Below, one piece after another: positions 17,319 to 29,400 of a stretch of 64,000 bases of DNA (position 1 is its first letter; the number at the start of each line of letters is the position of its first letter). A program made the translations under genes and the position numbers. This DNA comes from a virus. Taxonomy: Duplodnaviria; Caudoviricetes. The DNA is taken from positions 1-64,000 of IMG/VR virus record IMGVR_UViG_3300021255_000062. One strand, written 5' to 3'. Under the pieces are notes generated by a model. That model made no database searches. It saw only the letters and a list, made by a program, of their open reading frames with translations, and had not been told where the DNA came from.

Positions 17319-18713
17319 TTACTTTTTTAATTTTCCATTTTTTAAAAGTTCAAATAATTTAGTATTTTGTGTTGCAGTACCTTGATAGTTTTTGATCCCA
17401 TTTTCGGCTGCAATTTTTGAACGATTTGAAAAACTAGAATTAATTTTTAAAGAATTTAAAGCGTCTACTAAAGATTTGGATTTACCCGTATACTTTGGAT
17501 AATAGGTTGTGGTTGTAGTCTTAGTTGGAGTTGTAGATTTCTTTCCTCCAACTATAGTGTAGTCTGGTCTACCATAACCAAGGATTTTAGAATAGGTTAC
17601 AGCATAAGATTTTTTAGCCACTCCTCCACCATTATCTATAACACCGCTCGCGCCAGAGGTATTTCCCTCAATAGTATAAACTTTACCGTCTGCAACTTTA
17701 TAAACAAAGCCGATATGATTAGCGCCGCTATGTCGTGTGCCTTTAAAGAAGATAACGTCACCTGCTTTTGGAGAGATTTTATATTGTCCTTTCTTTTTAA
17801 AATTTTGCCTAATTGTTTCACAGGCCGCAGAGTAAGAACCACACAGAAGTTTCTTACCATTGGTAGTTCCAAAAGTTTTATAGAAAATCCAACTCAGAAA
17901 AGAAGCACACCAATAATCACCGTTCGTACCGATCCATTTACCATATTTGGTATAGTTACGATCACCCGCATTTGCCAGTTTATTGTCAAGATTTTTATTG
18001 GATTTTTTCTCCAAATATCCAACTTCATCTTTTGCTATTTTTGTAATTTTTTCGATTGGATCAGTGGTAGTGGCCACATCAACCGCTTTCTTTACAGCTG
18101 CCACAGCAGTTTTCTTTACTACAGGAGTTAAAAACCAATCTAAATCTCTTTTTCCAGTCAACCTATTCGCATCATTATTTCCACTTAAGTAAGATGCGGT
18201 ATAAGATTCTGTAAATTGGTGTAATTCTACTCCACTATGCGGCGGATAATTGGAACTGTATGAATTACCTCCTCCTTTAGTATATCGAGGCTCCCACCAC
18301 GCGCAGTTATCTCCACGAGCATTGATTAATCTTTTAAATCTATCGTACTTGTGGTGAGCCGTATAAATCATTGTTTTTGTAGATTGTTTTTGAATATATT
18401 GTAATGCTTTAATAGAGTTATCAACGTTGTTGTCTCTTTCAAAGTCTAAAACATATCCAACAAAATATTTTCCTATTTTGGGTTTACAAGTCTTTACGAG
18501 AAACTTAGCTTGCGCCAGCTCGTTACCAGCATTCATAAAAGCATAAAGCCAATATGGTATTTTTAATGCTTCACATTTTTTAATTACAGTATCCATATAA
18601 CTGTCTATGAATGTGGTTCCTTGAGTTGCTTTTGTTATAATGAAGGGGGAAACGGATTTAATTTTACTCCAATCTTTAACAGGATGGTAGTGTGATAAAT
18701 CAAAAATAACCAT
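17319..18713 (-). CDS. endolysin: GH25 muramidase + CHAP + C-terminal binding domain
   Basis: DLSHYH, KATQG, VLDFE, LHQFT (GH25); WCASF, HIGFV, IEGN (CHAP). Confidence 0.88.
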   Translation of the reverse strand: MVIFDLSHYHPVKDWSKIKSVSPFIITKATQGTTFIDSYMDTVIKKCEALKIPYWLYAFMNAGNELAQAKFLVKTCKPKIGKYFVGYVLDFERDNNVDNSIKALQYIQKQSTKTMIYTAHHKYDRFKRLINARGDNCAWWEPRYTKGGGNSYSSNYPPHSGVELHQFTESYTASYLSGNNDANRLTGKRDLDWFLTPVVKKTAVAAVKKAVDVATTTDPIEKITKIAKDEVGYLEKKSNKNLDNKLANAGDRNYTKYGKWIGTNGDYWCASFLSWIFYKTFGTTNGKKLLCGSYSAACETIRQNFKKKGQYKISPKAGDVIFFKGTRHSGANHIGFVYKVADGKVYTIEGNTSGASGVIDNGGGVAKKSYAVTYSKILGYGRPDYTIVGGKKSTTPTKTTTTTYYPKYTGKSKSLVDALNSLKINSSFSNRSKIAAENGIKNYQGTATQNTKLFELLKNGKLKK

Positions 18714-19015
18714 TATTCCTCAACTCCTTCTTCAATATCATCCTCTTCATTTTTTTCAATTACGCCTGGCGCTGTATATTGTAATCCATAGAAGCCATCA
18801 GAGAATCCCGCAGTAGTTGGGTCTACTACAATTCCAAGAGTTACTAATACAGCAAATAAAGCTTCAACTACTTGAATCAAATTTTCCTCGACTCCATCTA
18901 AAGAAAGATTAACTCCGAATAAAATACCAATAGCTTTGATTAAAATTATTACAGAAGGGATAAACCCAAGCCAAAATGCTTTGTTTTTGAAACGTACTTT
19001 CCAATTAATGTTCAT
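18713..19015 (-). CDS. holin, phi LC3 family
   Basis: INWKVRFKNKAFW...GIVVDPTT.G.SD; two TM segments. Confidence 0.9.
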   Translation of the reverse strand: MNINWKVRFKNKAFWLGFIPSVIILIKAIGILFGVNLSLDGVEENLIQVVEALFAVLVTLGIVVDPTTAGFSDGFYGLQYTAPGVIEKNEEDDIEEGVEE

Positions 19016-19038
19016 AGTTTTTACCTCCTTTAAAAATA

Positions 19039-21534
19039 CTAACTTACTGTAAAAGTATATTCTGCAAGTACACCACAGGCGTCATTATTAATTGGTGTAT
19101 TTCCTTTATTCTTCATAACTATATTACAGTCAATACCATTGATTGTTTTTGTAACAGTACTTGTACTATCTGCATAAAAATCTTCTCTTGCTCCGTTATA
19201 CCAACAGAAAAAGCCCTCATCCGCGTCTCCGAAAATATACTTGTTATTTTGCCGAACTGTAATACTTAGCTGAACCACATTCAGCGTTCCAATTATTGGT
19301 TTTGTAATGGGTATACAAAATCTTAGCCGACTACCAGATGTTGTTATGTATCCACCGCCAGACCAATCTCCCGAAATCTGATCTCCAGCAACGTAAGCAA
19401 TATTTTCACCTTTTATTTGCAAGTTATTATTTGAATTAATTACTCCGTTCCCACTTAATTTTCCAGAACTTTCGACTGCTAAAATATGTTTAGGAGTATC
19501 AGTATCTGTATTATTATAATAAAAATAAATTGCTTTTCCAATTTTTGTCATTCCGTTAACATCTGTTATCGGAATATTAGTAAAACGACTTCCTGGTGAA
19601 GTTATAGGATAAGTTCCCAATTTATTCGAATTCGTAGCCGTTGTCGCATTGGTCGCAGACCCCGCATTAAGTGCATAACTTATACTGCCCGCTAAAGTAG
19701 CTTTAGTATATCCGCTCGGAAGCGATGATACCTGCGTAGAACCATCGAGCTCAAAAGATGCTCTTTTGGCGAAATAAGGTACACTATTGATTGACAATAT
19801 ACTAATATGACCATTTGGTCCGGATTTTGTAATGTACACATCCCATTTGCTAGTATCTGCTTTGACAATATAAACTTCTTGTGTATGTCCAAATGTTCTA
19901 ATATACGACAAAGTAGGGTCGGTTCCAGAACTAGCATTAAATCTTATTATTGCTGTCGTTGAACAGTAATCGAGTCTTCGAATAAATGTAAATACTAGTG
20001 GCATATCGATATTACTACCGCTAATTGTTATTCTACCAACTCGAATATACCCATTTGTATTTTCGGTCCCAAACATTTCTACTCCATAGGTACTTCCTTT
20101 GATAATAGCATTACCATCTACTTGAACATTGCCATCAAATTCAGAGTCCCAACCGACATTGAATCCTGCTTGCTGACAAATCTTACCTATAGATAGACCA
20201 GTACCGTCTTTTCTAATAGACAAAGGTCTAATAGCAGTCGATATTGTACTTGAAAATGTTGTGCTAGAACCAACCGTGTCAGTAAGAACAACTTTAACAT
20301 TAAAGATAGATTGATTGGAATAAGTACCATTTAAAGTTACTACCTTCTGGGTGGCATCTTTATTAGTTGTATTACCATCGGTTGCCACCAATGTATCATC
20401 CACATAGATTTCACGCTTTACAAAGTTTTTGTTGTTAATAGAAGTTTTAGTGTACGGTGTAAGAATTGATATTCTTTGCCCTTCCGAGTCCAACGCTCCA
20501 GTACTAGTTGAGCGGAATATCTGAGGATTAGACATTGTAGGCGGAGTATACGCAAGCACATTAATAGCAACTGTACCAGATCCCGTTCTTCCTCGCCTAT
20601 CAGTTATTGTCATAGTTGCGTTGCCAGAAAACGGAAGGGTTGATAAATTGAAAACTCCGACGCTATTTGTATTAAAAGTCTTATCTCCGATGGTTACGCT
20701 TCTACTAGCAATTGCCGAACCATAAGAAGGGGTTTCTGTTCCTGAAAATGTTACATTACTTTTGTTGGCTAATAGTACTCCAAATTTTGTTAATGCTCCA
20801 GATGAGTCGGTTACCTTTACATTAGAAATACTAGGCTTATAACTCGCGGGCACATTCAATGTAAATGTTTTTGTTGTAGTCCCAGTTTGGGACGTACCAT
20901 CAACTGTATAATTTGTCACACACTCTAAAGTACAAGTCGCACTAGTTGAAGTAGTAATAGAATTAGCCGCTGATGCAGGTATTGTAACTGAAGCAGATTC
21001 TCCTACATTATTTACAGTATGAACCGTAGTTGACCCTACTTTAAATCGCAATGTATGTGTGTAAGAAGAGTGTTTGCGATTTGTTGTAACTGTAAATGCG
21101 GTTCCAATAGTAGCTGAAGCAGGTACTGTTGGAGTAGATATAGGAGCCAATGCATCTAATTGCACATCTCCTAAAGTAACAACCGAACCCGCATGGAATG
21201 AACCTATATGAAGATAATTATTTGAAACCGTAAAATCCTCAACTGTTAAGGTACTAATACTAGGAGCTTTTGTAACAGTTGCACCACCTTTAACTGTCGG
21301 ACCTTCACATAATTGTGTTGACCCAACCCACGTATCATCATACTCAACAGAGGAATGATCTACCATTCCTACAATATCTACTATAGAAACAGATGCAGAA
21401 GTTGTATTTTTAAAAGTTATTGTACCAATTTTTACCACACCAGTGCCGGCTGTAAAATCTGCAATAGAATAACTCCATGGGACAGATATTGTAACGCCTC
21501 GAAAATCTTTGGTTATTGTTCCACTTGTTGCCAA
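19039..21534 (-). CDS. minor tail protein (DUF859-like)
   Basis: TTG start after AAAGGAGG; YTHTL, VPASYKPSIS, TDRRGRT, VLAYTPP motifs. Confidence 0.7.
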   Translation of the reverse strand: MATSGTITKDFRGVTISVPWSYSIADFTAGTGVVKIGTITFKNTTSASVSIVDIVGMVDHSSVEYDDTWVGSTQLCEGPTVKGGATVTKAPSISTLTVEDFTVSNNYLHIGSFHAGSVVTLGDVQLDALAPISTPTVPASATIGTAFTVTTNRKHSSYTHTLRFKVGSTTVHTVNNVGESASVTIPASAANSITTSTSATCTLECVTNYTVDGTSQTGTTTKTFTLNVPASYKPSISNVKVTDSSGALTKFGVLLANKSNVTFSGTETPSYGSAIASRSVTIGDKTFNTNSVGVFNLSTLPFSGNATMTITDRRGRTGSGTVAINVLAYTPPTMSNPQIFRSTSTGALDSEGQRISILTPYTKTSINNKNFVKREIYVDDTLVATDGNTTNKDATQKVVTLNGTYSNQSIFNVKVVLTDTVGSSTTFSSTISTAIRPLSIRKDGTGLSIGKICQQAGFNVGWDSEFDGNVQVDGNAIIKGSTYGVEMFGTENTNGYIRVGRITISGSNIDMPLVFTFIRRLDYCSTTAIIRFNASSGTDPTLSYIRTFGHTQEVYIVKADTSKWDVYITKSGPNGHISILSINSVPYFAKRASFELDGSTQVSSLPSGYTKATLAGSISYALNAGSATNATTATNSNKLGTYPITSPGSRFTNIPITDVNGMTKIGKAIYFYYNNTDTDTPKHILAVESSGKLSGNGVINSNNNLQIKGENIAYVAGDQISGDWSGGGYITTSGSRLRFCIPITKPIIGTLNVVQLSITVRQNNKYIFGDADEGFFCWYNGAREDFYADSTSTVTKTINGIDCNIVMKNKGNTPINNDACGVLAEYTFTVS

Positions 21535-21553
21535 TTAATTACCTCCTTTTATG

Positions 21554-24500
21554 TCACGAAAGGGGAGCATATTTAATATTCAATGCCCCATCTTCATCGA
21601 ATATAACGAAATTACCAACTCTTAATTCAGATTCTATTACGCCTTGGCTAATGTTTAATTGGTTCGAATTAATCCAAGCAACTTTATTACCACCCTGCAA
21701 AAAAGCCAATTCATTATTAGTAATCTGTGTCTTAAATGCGTTGTCGCTACCGTCTGTATTCCTTGCTCCTATGGTTAATCCAGCATTTTCGTCGTCGGGA
21801 TTTGTGTTGAAATCTAAGTAATAATTTCTAAGATTATTATAGTCATCAACTATGTTGGATAATTCATCATATTTTTGATTAATTTTTACTACCTCTCCCG
21901 CAGTTTCGGAAGCGGTCTTAGAAACTTTGGCTACTTTATCATCTATTTCGTCAACAGCACTGTCTACTTTAGACAAGTCTCCTTGGGTAATTGTTAAATC
22001 TTCTCGAACACCTGCTATGATACTATTGGTATTACTGATATCCGTCTGCACATCTTCGGGAGCAGGTGCCCAAGTAGTAGCTTTGTCACCTTTTTCCACC
22101 ATAACCCTTCGAACAGACACCGTTCCACTGTAATAATCAAATCGTATATTAGACATGAGCTGGCCAGAGTATGTTCCATCAATCATATCTTGAGTTATCA
22201 GAAACCAAGTATTAATATAACCTTCTTTGGATTCAGACGCCATGATCGCTTCAATTTCCGACTGCTTTTGTCCTCCCCATTCGGAGGTGGCAAAATTCAT
22301 GGATGCCCAAGGTGACCCATTATGATTTTTATTTCCTTGAATATACGATCTTTTAGTTCCTGTCCCAGTAGCCACCCAGTCAGAAGAAAATTTAATGTCG
22401 AAACTTATTTGAATCTTGTCACCGACTTTTGCATCTTGAATGTCTGAAATATAAAGTGGTTCTAAGACGGTAGTACCAGACGAAACTAAACCGAATAAGT
22501 ACGCAGTTTTATTAGTGCCGTCCGTGATTGTATATGAGCGCCATTCATCAGATGTTCCTTTAGCGAGGTTTCTTCCGCCAATTTTAATATTGCTATTTAA
22601 CGCAGCATCCGGCAGGTACCCTACTGATATCGTCCCAGCTTTAATATTAGAAGCATTGATATTAGTCACAGTTACTTTAGAAGCATCAATCGTACCCGTA
22701 GTAATATGCCCACCATCGATGATTGTCGTAGTATCGTCTTTCAGCGGAGTGGTACAAGTAACCGTTCCACTAACCACCTTTTTCTGTTTAGCCACAAATA
22801 ACACTGGATAACTTGAATCATATGCTGGTCTTTTTGTTGTCCAAGTGTCCGGCTTGTAGCCAGTTTCAGTCACCCACGTGTTATTTTCATCAACCGACGA
22901 AGTGCCTGAAGCTTTAGAAATATAAATGTACTGTTCCTCAGATACAGCTGATGTCTTAGGCGCCGCTGCATTTGCGGTGGCCTGAGCTGATGCTGCGGTA
23001 GTTGTAATGCTGCTTATAGCCTTAAAACTTCTTGGTGGATTGTATGTCTCACATTCTGTGAAAACTGCCTCAGATGCGGTTTCCACGCATTTACCAAGCA
23101 CCATATCAGTTGCTTCTACCCATGTCCAATCCGCAGTATCTGCGGCAGCTGGCGCTGAGAGCTTTGTGTTATATTTCCATCCACTTGCATACCATACGGG
23201 ATATATTGTTCCTGTGGTAGACGTTGCAGACGAGAGCCTTAGTACGAGGTAAACCGGAATGTTGTACGGAAGAGCCGAATTCGGATTGTATTCTACATTC
23301 GGCACTGTTCTTTTGACACCATTCCACATCGCCCAACCTGCTGCCTGTGTTACTGTGCCAGTCTCAGGATCTAGTTTGCAGATCTTTGCCTCTCCACCAG
23401 CATAAGTAGTTCCTGCATTTGAATCCCATAGAATAGTAAAACCACCTACTGCATTTTGAACTGCGCTGCTTGCAGCTCCCTTCGCATCATATGCGGCATC
23501 GGCGCTAGACTTGATAGCATTGAATGTTGCTGTTCCGTCTATTTCTATCTTATTTGCGGCAATCTTTATCCCTTCCGGAGCAACATTAATAAGCGATTGA
23601 ATAAGATGCTGACCACCTTGTGCCGCAGTTGTATCATCTTTAGTCGCCTTAATAAGAACATTATCATTCGTAATTTTTAATTCAGCTTCTGACGCATAAA
23701 GTTGTGTTCCAGAGTATGGCTTATATGGACCAGCATATTCACCTTCATATATAGAAATACGAAGCTCATAGTCAATAGTGTCTCCAACTGCACATCTCTG
23801 TACAATGGCGCCCAGTCCATCAACTGTACCCGTCCAATGAGAAGAATCCTCTGGTTCAGATGTTTTGACAAATCTCTTTATATAAGGAGTGTTAGAATCT
23901 TGAGGTAAGTTCTTTATTACAATATAAGTATCGCTTCGATCTCCCTCTAAATTTTTCTTGCAATTTCCACCCCAAAATTGGCTGTTATTATTTTGTACAA
24001 CATAAATATTGCTATCTGTTGTACTACCTATAGTACTGTGATTATTCCTAACTTCATATAAAAACGTATAGTCTGAATTTGGCTGTATAGATTCACACCT
24101 AATAGGTCTTGGATCCGATCGCACTACAGCAGATGTATTATTAGTACACTGGACTCGCACCCAACCATCGCCCATGTCAGTATAGGTAAATAACGAATTA
24201 AAACTACCGGTTGTCCAGTAGTCGTTTATTTTATATGGAGAATATGAAAACCACGGACTGAGATTTGGTTGTGCTAGTTGATATGCTTCGGTTTTGGTAG
24301 CTCTTAAAATAATGGCATCAGCATTATTAGATATGCTTGTCTCAGCAGAATTCATCCTTACTGAAGCTGTGCCATCCTGCATTAACCAATTAGTACCATT
24401 ATATGTAAATGTGAATGTTGAACCGGCCGCCCACTTATACTCCGCTTCTGTCAGATTGCCGTTAGCGTAGGTCTTAATAGGCTTTGCACCTTTAGAATTA

Positions 24501-26395
24501 ACATTCAGCGTTGGAGAAGCTGTGGTATTGGCGTTAGTGAATTTGACAGTGATAGTCGTGCCTGTACTAAGTTCCCAATTTGTTCCACTCGGAATGGCCG
24601 GTGTAATCGTGGCAACCTTTGCCGCAGTACCCGCCGCAGTTGACGATGTGGCATACATCCCAATAAGATGGGCTTCTGTCTTATCTACTCTAGAAGCTAC
24701 AGAATCCAAACCAGATGAATACAAAGTACCATCACTAGCAACTCCAAACTTACTTCCAATTGCAAAACGCAAATCATTATGACTTGTTCCATTAATAGAC
24801 CTGGTAAAATTCTTATTAGAAAGAGTTACATTACCTGCGGCAGTACCACCGGTAGTACCTAAAACTACAGAACCATTTGTAATTTGTAGTCCATCTGAAG
24901 CTAATGTCGCTGCCGCTGAGTTACTACTCCCTATATTATAAAAAGTTAATCCTGTTCCATTAAGTGAAACTGATTTCTGTCCTTTATAGGTACCGGTAGG
25001 TACTAAAAAAGTTAATCCATTACCTTGTAAAGTAGCTAATTTATCAACCCCATTTCTAATCCATATACCATCAGAACGAGTCAATACATTACCTTTCGTT
25101 GGCCCCGCCTTAAAAGTTTCTTCGTTTTCTTCTGCTATATAAGCGCCCGATGGTACATTAGTACTTACATCTTCCGGAAGCCAAAAGAAATGTTGACGCA
25201 CTCCTTTTGCAATCTCAATTGCCTGCGTTGCATTTGCGTTAGCGTCGGTTAATCCCTTATTTTCAATTGGCGCGCCCCATACAGTACCATTATCTAATTT
25301 TGTTTCAATACAAGTATAATATTTACCACTACCTATATAAGTAGGTACCACAGAAGTCCATTGATTTACATCATCTGTTGTGTGAATTTGATCGGCATTA
25401 GTAATTTGCACAGGATCAGTGGAATTAGTTTTTAAATAATATAATTCTCTAGTACTTACAACAGAAACCCCTTGCACACCACGAGGACCTTGCTCACCGG
25501 GTTTACCATCAGCCCCTACATATTTACTCCAAGTCCAACCACTATCATTATAAGCAGGAGGACTATTTTTTGTACCAGAATAAACTCCAATGTAAATTGT
25601 TTCAGAGGTTGGAGTTGCCACGTATCCTGAACCATTAGCATTTTTTGAATATCGTACAAAAGTATAGTATGAGGTTCCATTTGCACCATTAGTGATATAA
25701 GTTTCATTGCCTTCGCTATCTACAATTTTAACTCCATTTTCTGTAGCAGTAACAACAGGACTAATTCCATTTTTACCGTTGCTACCATCTTCAACCAATA
25801 CAGAGGGAGCTGCCCAATTTAGCTCTGCAGTTGCTTCTGCTCCGATAGCAATAGCTGAAGTTACCCAGCATGGTTTACCTTTTGGCTCTGTTGGAATAGT
25901 TTTGCTCCATCCGGAAGGAGTGGTAAAATCACCAGTGACAAAAGTATAAGTTGTTTTGGATGGAGTAGTAGCACTATCATCTCTTTTATAAATAAAAATT
26001 GTAGCCTGATTTAAGCCGTTCGCTCCAGGCGCGCCGGGAGTACCGGGTGTACCGGGTGTACCAGGTGCGCCGGGCTGCCCGTCCTGTCCATTCTGAGCCA
26101 TCTTAATCGGCCCAGCCCATTCGCTTGACTCAATAATATCTGTTTTTCCATTTGAACTTGCTACAGCCGCAATCATCCAAATTGGATCCGAACCACTTAA
26201 GTCATCAATACTCTGTGTCCAGCCCTCCAAAGCTCCTGTAATTGAAGCTGTAGCAAATGTATAGGTCAAATTACCTGTTGGTTTATCTGGCGCGCTTGCG
26301 GCACGTTGATATAAAAAAACAGTAGTATTATTAAGACCAGCGGCACCATCCGTTACATCAACTATTGTCAATGAACCAGAAGTAATTTGTGCCAT
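21554..26395 (-). CDS. large mosaic tail fibre/host-specificity protein with collagen-like repeats and CBM-like inserts
   Basis: GXX repeats; YTFVRYS...YIGVY...WTWSK; GGRNL...EKGDKATTWAPAPED; C-terminal ITNNELAFLQGGNKVAWI. Confidence 0.8.
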   Translation of the reverse strand: MAQITSGSLTIVDVTDGAAGLNNTTVFLYQRAASAPDKPTGNLTYTFATASITGALEGWTQSIDDLSGSDPIWMIAAVASSNGKTDIIESSEWAGPIKMAQNGQDGQPGAPGTPGTPGTPGAPGANGLNQATIFIYKRDDSATTPSKTTYTFVTGDFTTPSGWSKTIPTEPKGKPCWVTSAIAIGAEATAELNWAAPSVLVEDGSNGKNGISPVVTATENGVKIVDSEGNETYITNGANGTSYYTFVRYSKNANGSGYVATPTSETIYIGVYSGTKNSPPAYNDSGWTWSKYVGADGKPGEQGPRGVQGVSVVSTRELYYLKTNSTDPVQITNADQIHTTDDVNQWTSVVPTYIGSGKYYTCIETKLDNGTVWGAPIENKGLTDANANATQAIEIAKGVRQHFFWLPEDVSTNVPSGAYIAEENEETFKAGPTKGNVLTRSDGIWIRNGVDKLATLQGNGLTFLVPTGTYKGQKSVSLNGTGLTFYNIGSSNSAAATLASDGLQITNGSVVLGTTGGTAAGNVTLSNKNFTRSINGTSHNDLRFAIGSKFGVASDGTLYSSGLDSVASRVDKTEAHLIGMYATSSTAAGTAAKVATITPAIPSGTNWELSTGTTITVKFTNANTTASPTLNVNSKGAKPIKTYANGNLTEAEYKWAAGSTFTFTYNGTNWLMQDGTASVRMNSAETSISNNADAIILRATKTEAYQLAQPNLSPWFSYSPYKINDYWTTGSFNSLFTYTDMGDGWVRVQCTNNTSAVVRSDPRPIRCESIQPNSDYTFLYEVRNNHSTIGSTTDSNIYVVQNNNSQFWGGNCKKNLEGDRSDTYIVIKNLPQDSNTPYIKRFVKTSEPEDSSHWTGTVDGLGAIVQRCAVGDTIDYELRISIYEGEYAGPYKPYSGTQLYASEAELKITNDNVLIKATKDDTTAAQGGQHLIQSLINVAPEGIKIAANKIEIDGTATFNAIKSSADAAYDAKGAASSAVQNAVGGFTILWDSNAGTTYAGGEAKICKLDPETGTVTQAAGWAMWNGVKRTVPNVEYNPNSALPYNIPVYLVLRLSSATSTTGTIYPVWYASGWKYNTKLSAPAAADTADWTWVEATDMVLGKCVETASEAVFTECETYNPPRSFKAISSITTTAASAQATANAAAPKTSAVSEEQYIYISKASGTSSVDENNTWVTETGYKPDTWTTKRPAYDSSYPVLFVAKQKKVVSGTVTCTTPLKDDTTTIIDGGHITTGTIDASKVTVTNINASNIKAGTISVGYLPDAALNSNIKIGGRNLAKGTSDEWRSYTITDGTNKTAYLFGLVSSGTTVLEPLYISDIQDAKVGDKIQISFDIKFSSDWVATGTGTKRSYIQGNKNHNGSPWASMNFATSEWGGQKQSEIEAIMASESKEGYINTWFLITQDMIDGTYSGQLMSNIRFDYYSGTVSVRRVMVEKGDKATTWAPAPEDVQTDISNTNSIIAGVREDLTITQGDLSKVDSAVDEIDDKVAKVSKTASETAGEVVKINQKYDELSNIVDDYNNLRNYYLDFNTNPDDENAGLTIGARNTDGSDNAFKTQITNNELAFLQGGNKVAWINSNQLNISQGVIESELRVGNFVIFDEDGALNIKYAPLS
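26028..26090 (-). repeat. 9-nt tandem repeat encoding collagen-like (GTP/GAP)n
   Basis: gtaccgggt repeated; GQPGAPGTPGTPGTPGAPG. Confidence 0.8.
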
Positions 26396-26467
26396 AAGCC
26401 TTTTCCTCCTTAAATAAAATATTTTTATCTATTTAAACTATTGTAATAATTTCTATCGTTTAAATAT

Positions 26468-29400
26468 TTATGAAAAATCATTTACATCACACTGTAATAC
26501 AATTTTATTATTAACTATATCTCCATCTATATAAATTGCTTTACCTGTAATTGAATCGTGTCCATTGTACTGAATTGGTTGGCCACTTTCGTCGCGGAAA
26601 GTCCAAACATAATTATATTTTGGCTGATCTTCGCTTGGAGCATCGATCCATACTCCGTTGACTTTTTTCTTTAGTGTACAAGTTTTATTAATAGCATCTA
26701 AGTGATAATAGTAACTGCCGGAGTCTGGCGGAGTGGCTGTAAATACAAAAGTTTTTAATGAATCTTCTTCCTTTTTGCCCATATATAATCTTGCGTATAC
26801 TGCTCCTTGGCCAACTCCATCAACTAATTGATCACCGATTGTAGAAGTTAAAACTACTTGCGCAGCATCTGATCCCTGTGTAGCATCATTAATTTTGTCT
26901 TCCCAAGTAATTTCTTCTCCGGTATCTTCGTCATAACCAAAAACCATTTCTTTCGCACTAATTTTTAGGTGTTTATTCCCGTTGTTATCGGTGTAAAATG
27001 CAAGATACTGATTTTTGTCACCAATATACATATTATCAGTATAAATACCTTGAGTTCCAGCCATTTGATTATTATAAATCGTATCAGACACTTCAGTAGC
27101 AGGTAGTGTGGGTAATGTTCCTAAAATCCCCCTATAATTATATGTAACTTTTGGATTTTTCGTCTCATCAATTACTGTTTCAAATAAACTAATAGCTCGA
27201 CGTGGTAAGTTAACAGTGTTATCTGAACTATTAACACCAATTCCATAATTAGAAGTGCCAACTTTTCCATCACCATTAGCCTTATTTCCCATATCGACAA
27301 GGGCGCCGCCTTCTAAACTAGCCAAATCAGTTATCGCATTTGGACCAGTAACCATAGCTGCGGCATTTTTCAGAGTAATAACCCTTCCATTACCGCTAAC
27401 GGCTGCAACCTCATAAACATGAGTTAATCCATTTGTTAATAAAATATTTGTTGCATTAGGCTCACTACCATCCGTAGTATAATTACTAACTTTACACCAA
27501 TCTCCGACTTGGAATAAATATGGTTTTTCAACGGTAATATCTAAATTTGTTGAAGTTGTTTCATTAATTGCAGCTGAACGTATGGTTGATGAAGGACGGA
27601 ATATAAAGATACCACCAACTGCTTGAATTTCCGCATATTCGAATACAGCAGTTTTAATAGCCCCTCGCGCAGTAATGTTATTAAATACCGCATCTCCATC
27701 TTTATTAATCATCCAACCGTATCCTGCACCATCTTGATAATTGGAAGACTTAATAAGAGAGTTCTGCCCATCAATTGTTATATAAGGTTTGCTGTTGTCA
27801 TTTTCATCTTTACCGACAGTGACCAACCCCGAAAAATCTCCGCCATTGGCATAAATAGTTCCCGTAATTTCCAAGTTACCGTCGTCGCCAGTTTTCATTA
27901 CGGTATCGCCGTTATTATTCTTTATTCTGATACCATATAACGTTGGGGCATACGTTGCGCCCGGAGCATCGGGAGTAGTGATCGGATTACCCTGCCCATC
28001 TTTACCCCACTCAAGAGCACCGATTTTAATTTTTTCTTGTTCGGTATTCTGACTTTCAGGAATATTCATGACTCTAAAGTCGTTATCCGAAGTAATTTCC
28101 ACTCGGCCGCCACCAGGATAAGAATTCTTAATAAAAAAACCATCCCAAGTAACTGCAAAATGAGCATTGTCTAATACATCTTGTAAATTATTGGCCTTAA
28201 AAGTTTCGTTGTTTTTAATTCCATAAAGTCCATATTGATCGTAACGAACGAAAGTTTGTAAATCGTACGGCGCACTTGTATCAGCTTCATCTAATTTAAA
28301 AGCGCTGATACCAGATTTATCCCAACGAAAACTGGGATTTTGACTACTTCCTATAATAATTTCATTGGTATTAAAAGTGCCAGTATAAGCAGGCCCAATA
28401 TTGAGACCTTGCCCATCAATAACGGTGGTATAAGTTTCTCCACCATCGGAAGAAACCCGTATACCCTCATTATTTATTATAACACGATTAGACAGATTGG
28501 TCAAATTTTGCGCTAAGATTACGTCATCTTTAATAGCAACAGAACCATCACTGGTTAATGCGTACTCTTTTCCACTTATATTACTTAAAGAATCGAGTAA
28601 CACATTTTGGTTAATCGTACCATTGGTATCTAGTAAAGAGCTTGTTTTAGCATAAGTAGCTTCATTATATTCAACAGTCTGAACAGTAGCGCTTATTCTT
28701 TGGAAAAAATCTTCAAAACGAGTTTTATAATTTTGAACAACTATAGTATTTTTATCCGGTTCTTCCAAATGCCACTCAACTTCAGAAACAATAACTTCTT
28801 CTCTTGCTGGAGTCAAAATTCCATTAACGTCAGCCCAGCCAAAAAATTCGGTATCTTCAATATAAGTTTTTTCACCAGCATCAAATGAATACCATTCAAG
28901 CCCCTCTAATTCACTAACTTCAACTACATTAATCGTATATGAAATTTTTGGTTGCGCCGAAGTATTACTTACTTGAAGTGCATCCAAATAATATAGTTCA
29001 GAGTCTATATAATCAGTAGAACTCCATGTGCCTTCTTGAATGAAACGGCTATACTTATTATTAAATTTTTTTATTATTTCTTCCTTTTGACTAATAAGCT
29101 TATCTACCTGTGTAGCTATACCATCTCTTTCTTCCTTAGGAGTAATTGAAAAAACTACAACTTTACTATCAACTATCTCATATGTTGATTGTTCTATTGT
29201 ATAGTCCTGTGGTACAAAAAAACTTATATTATGGCTGTCCGATTCTACATCAAAGAATTTTTTAGAAACTGTCGATTCATAGGTTGAACCATCTATTTCA
29301 AAACTAAAACCAGGTAAGTAATCGTTCAACTCTACAAATACGTGGCGCCGCTCTAGGTCATCAACCCCTACCCAAATTTTAACATTGTATGTTTCTAAAC

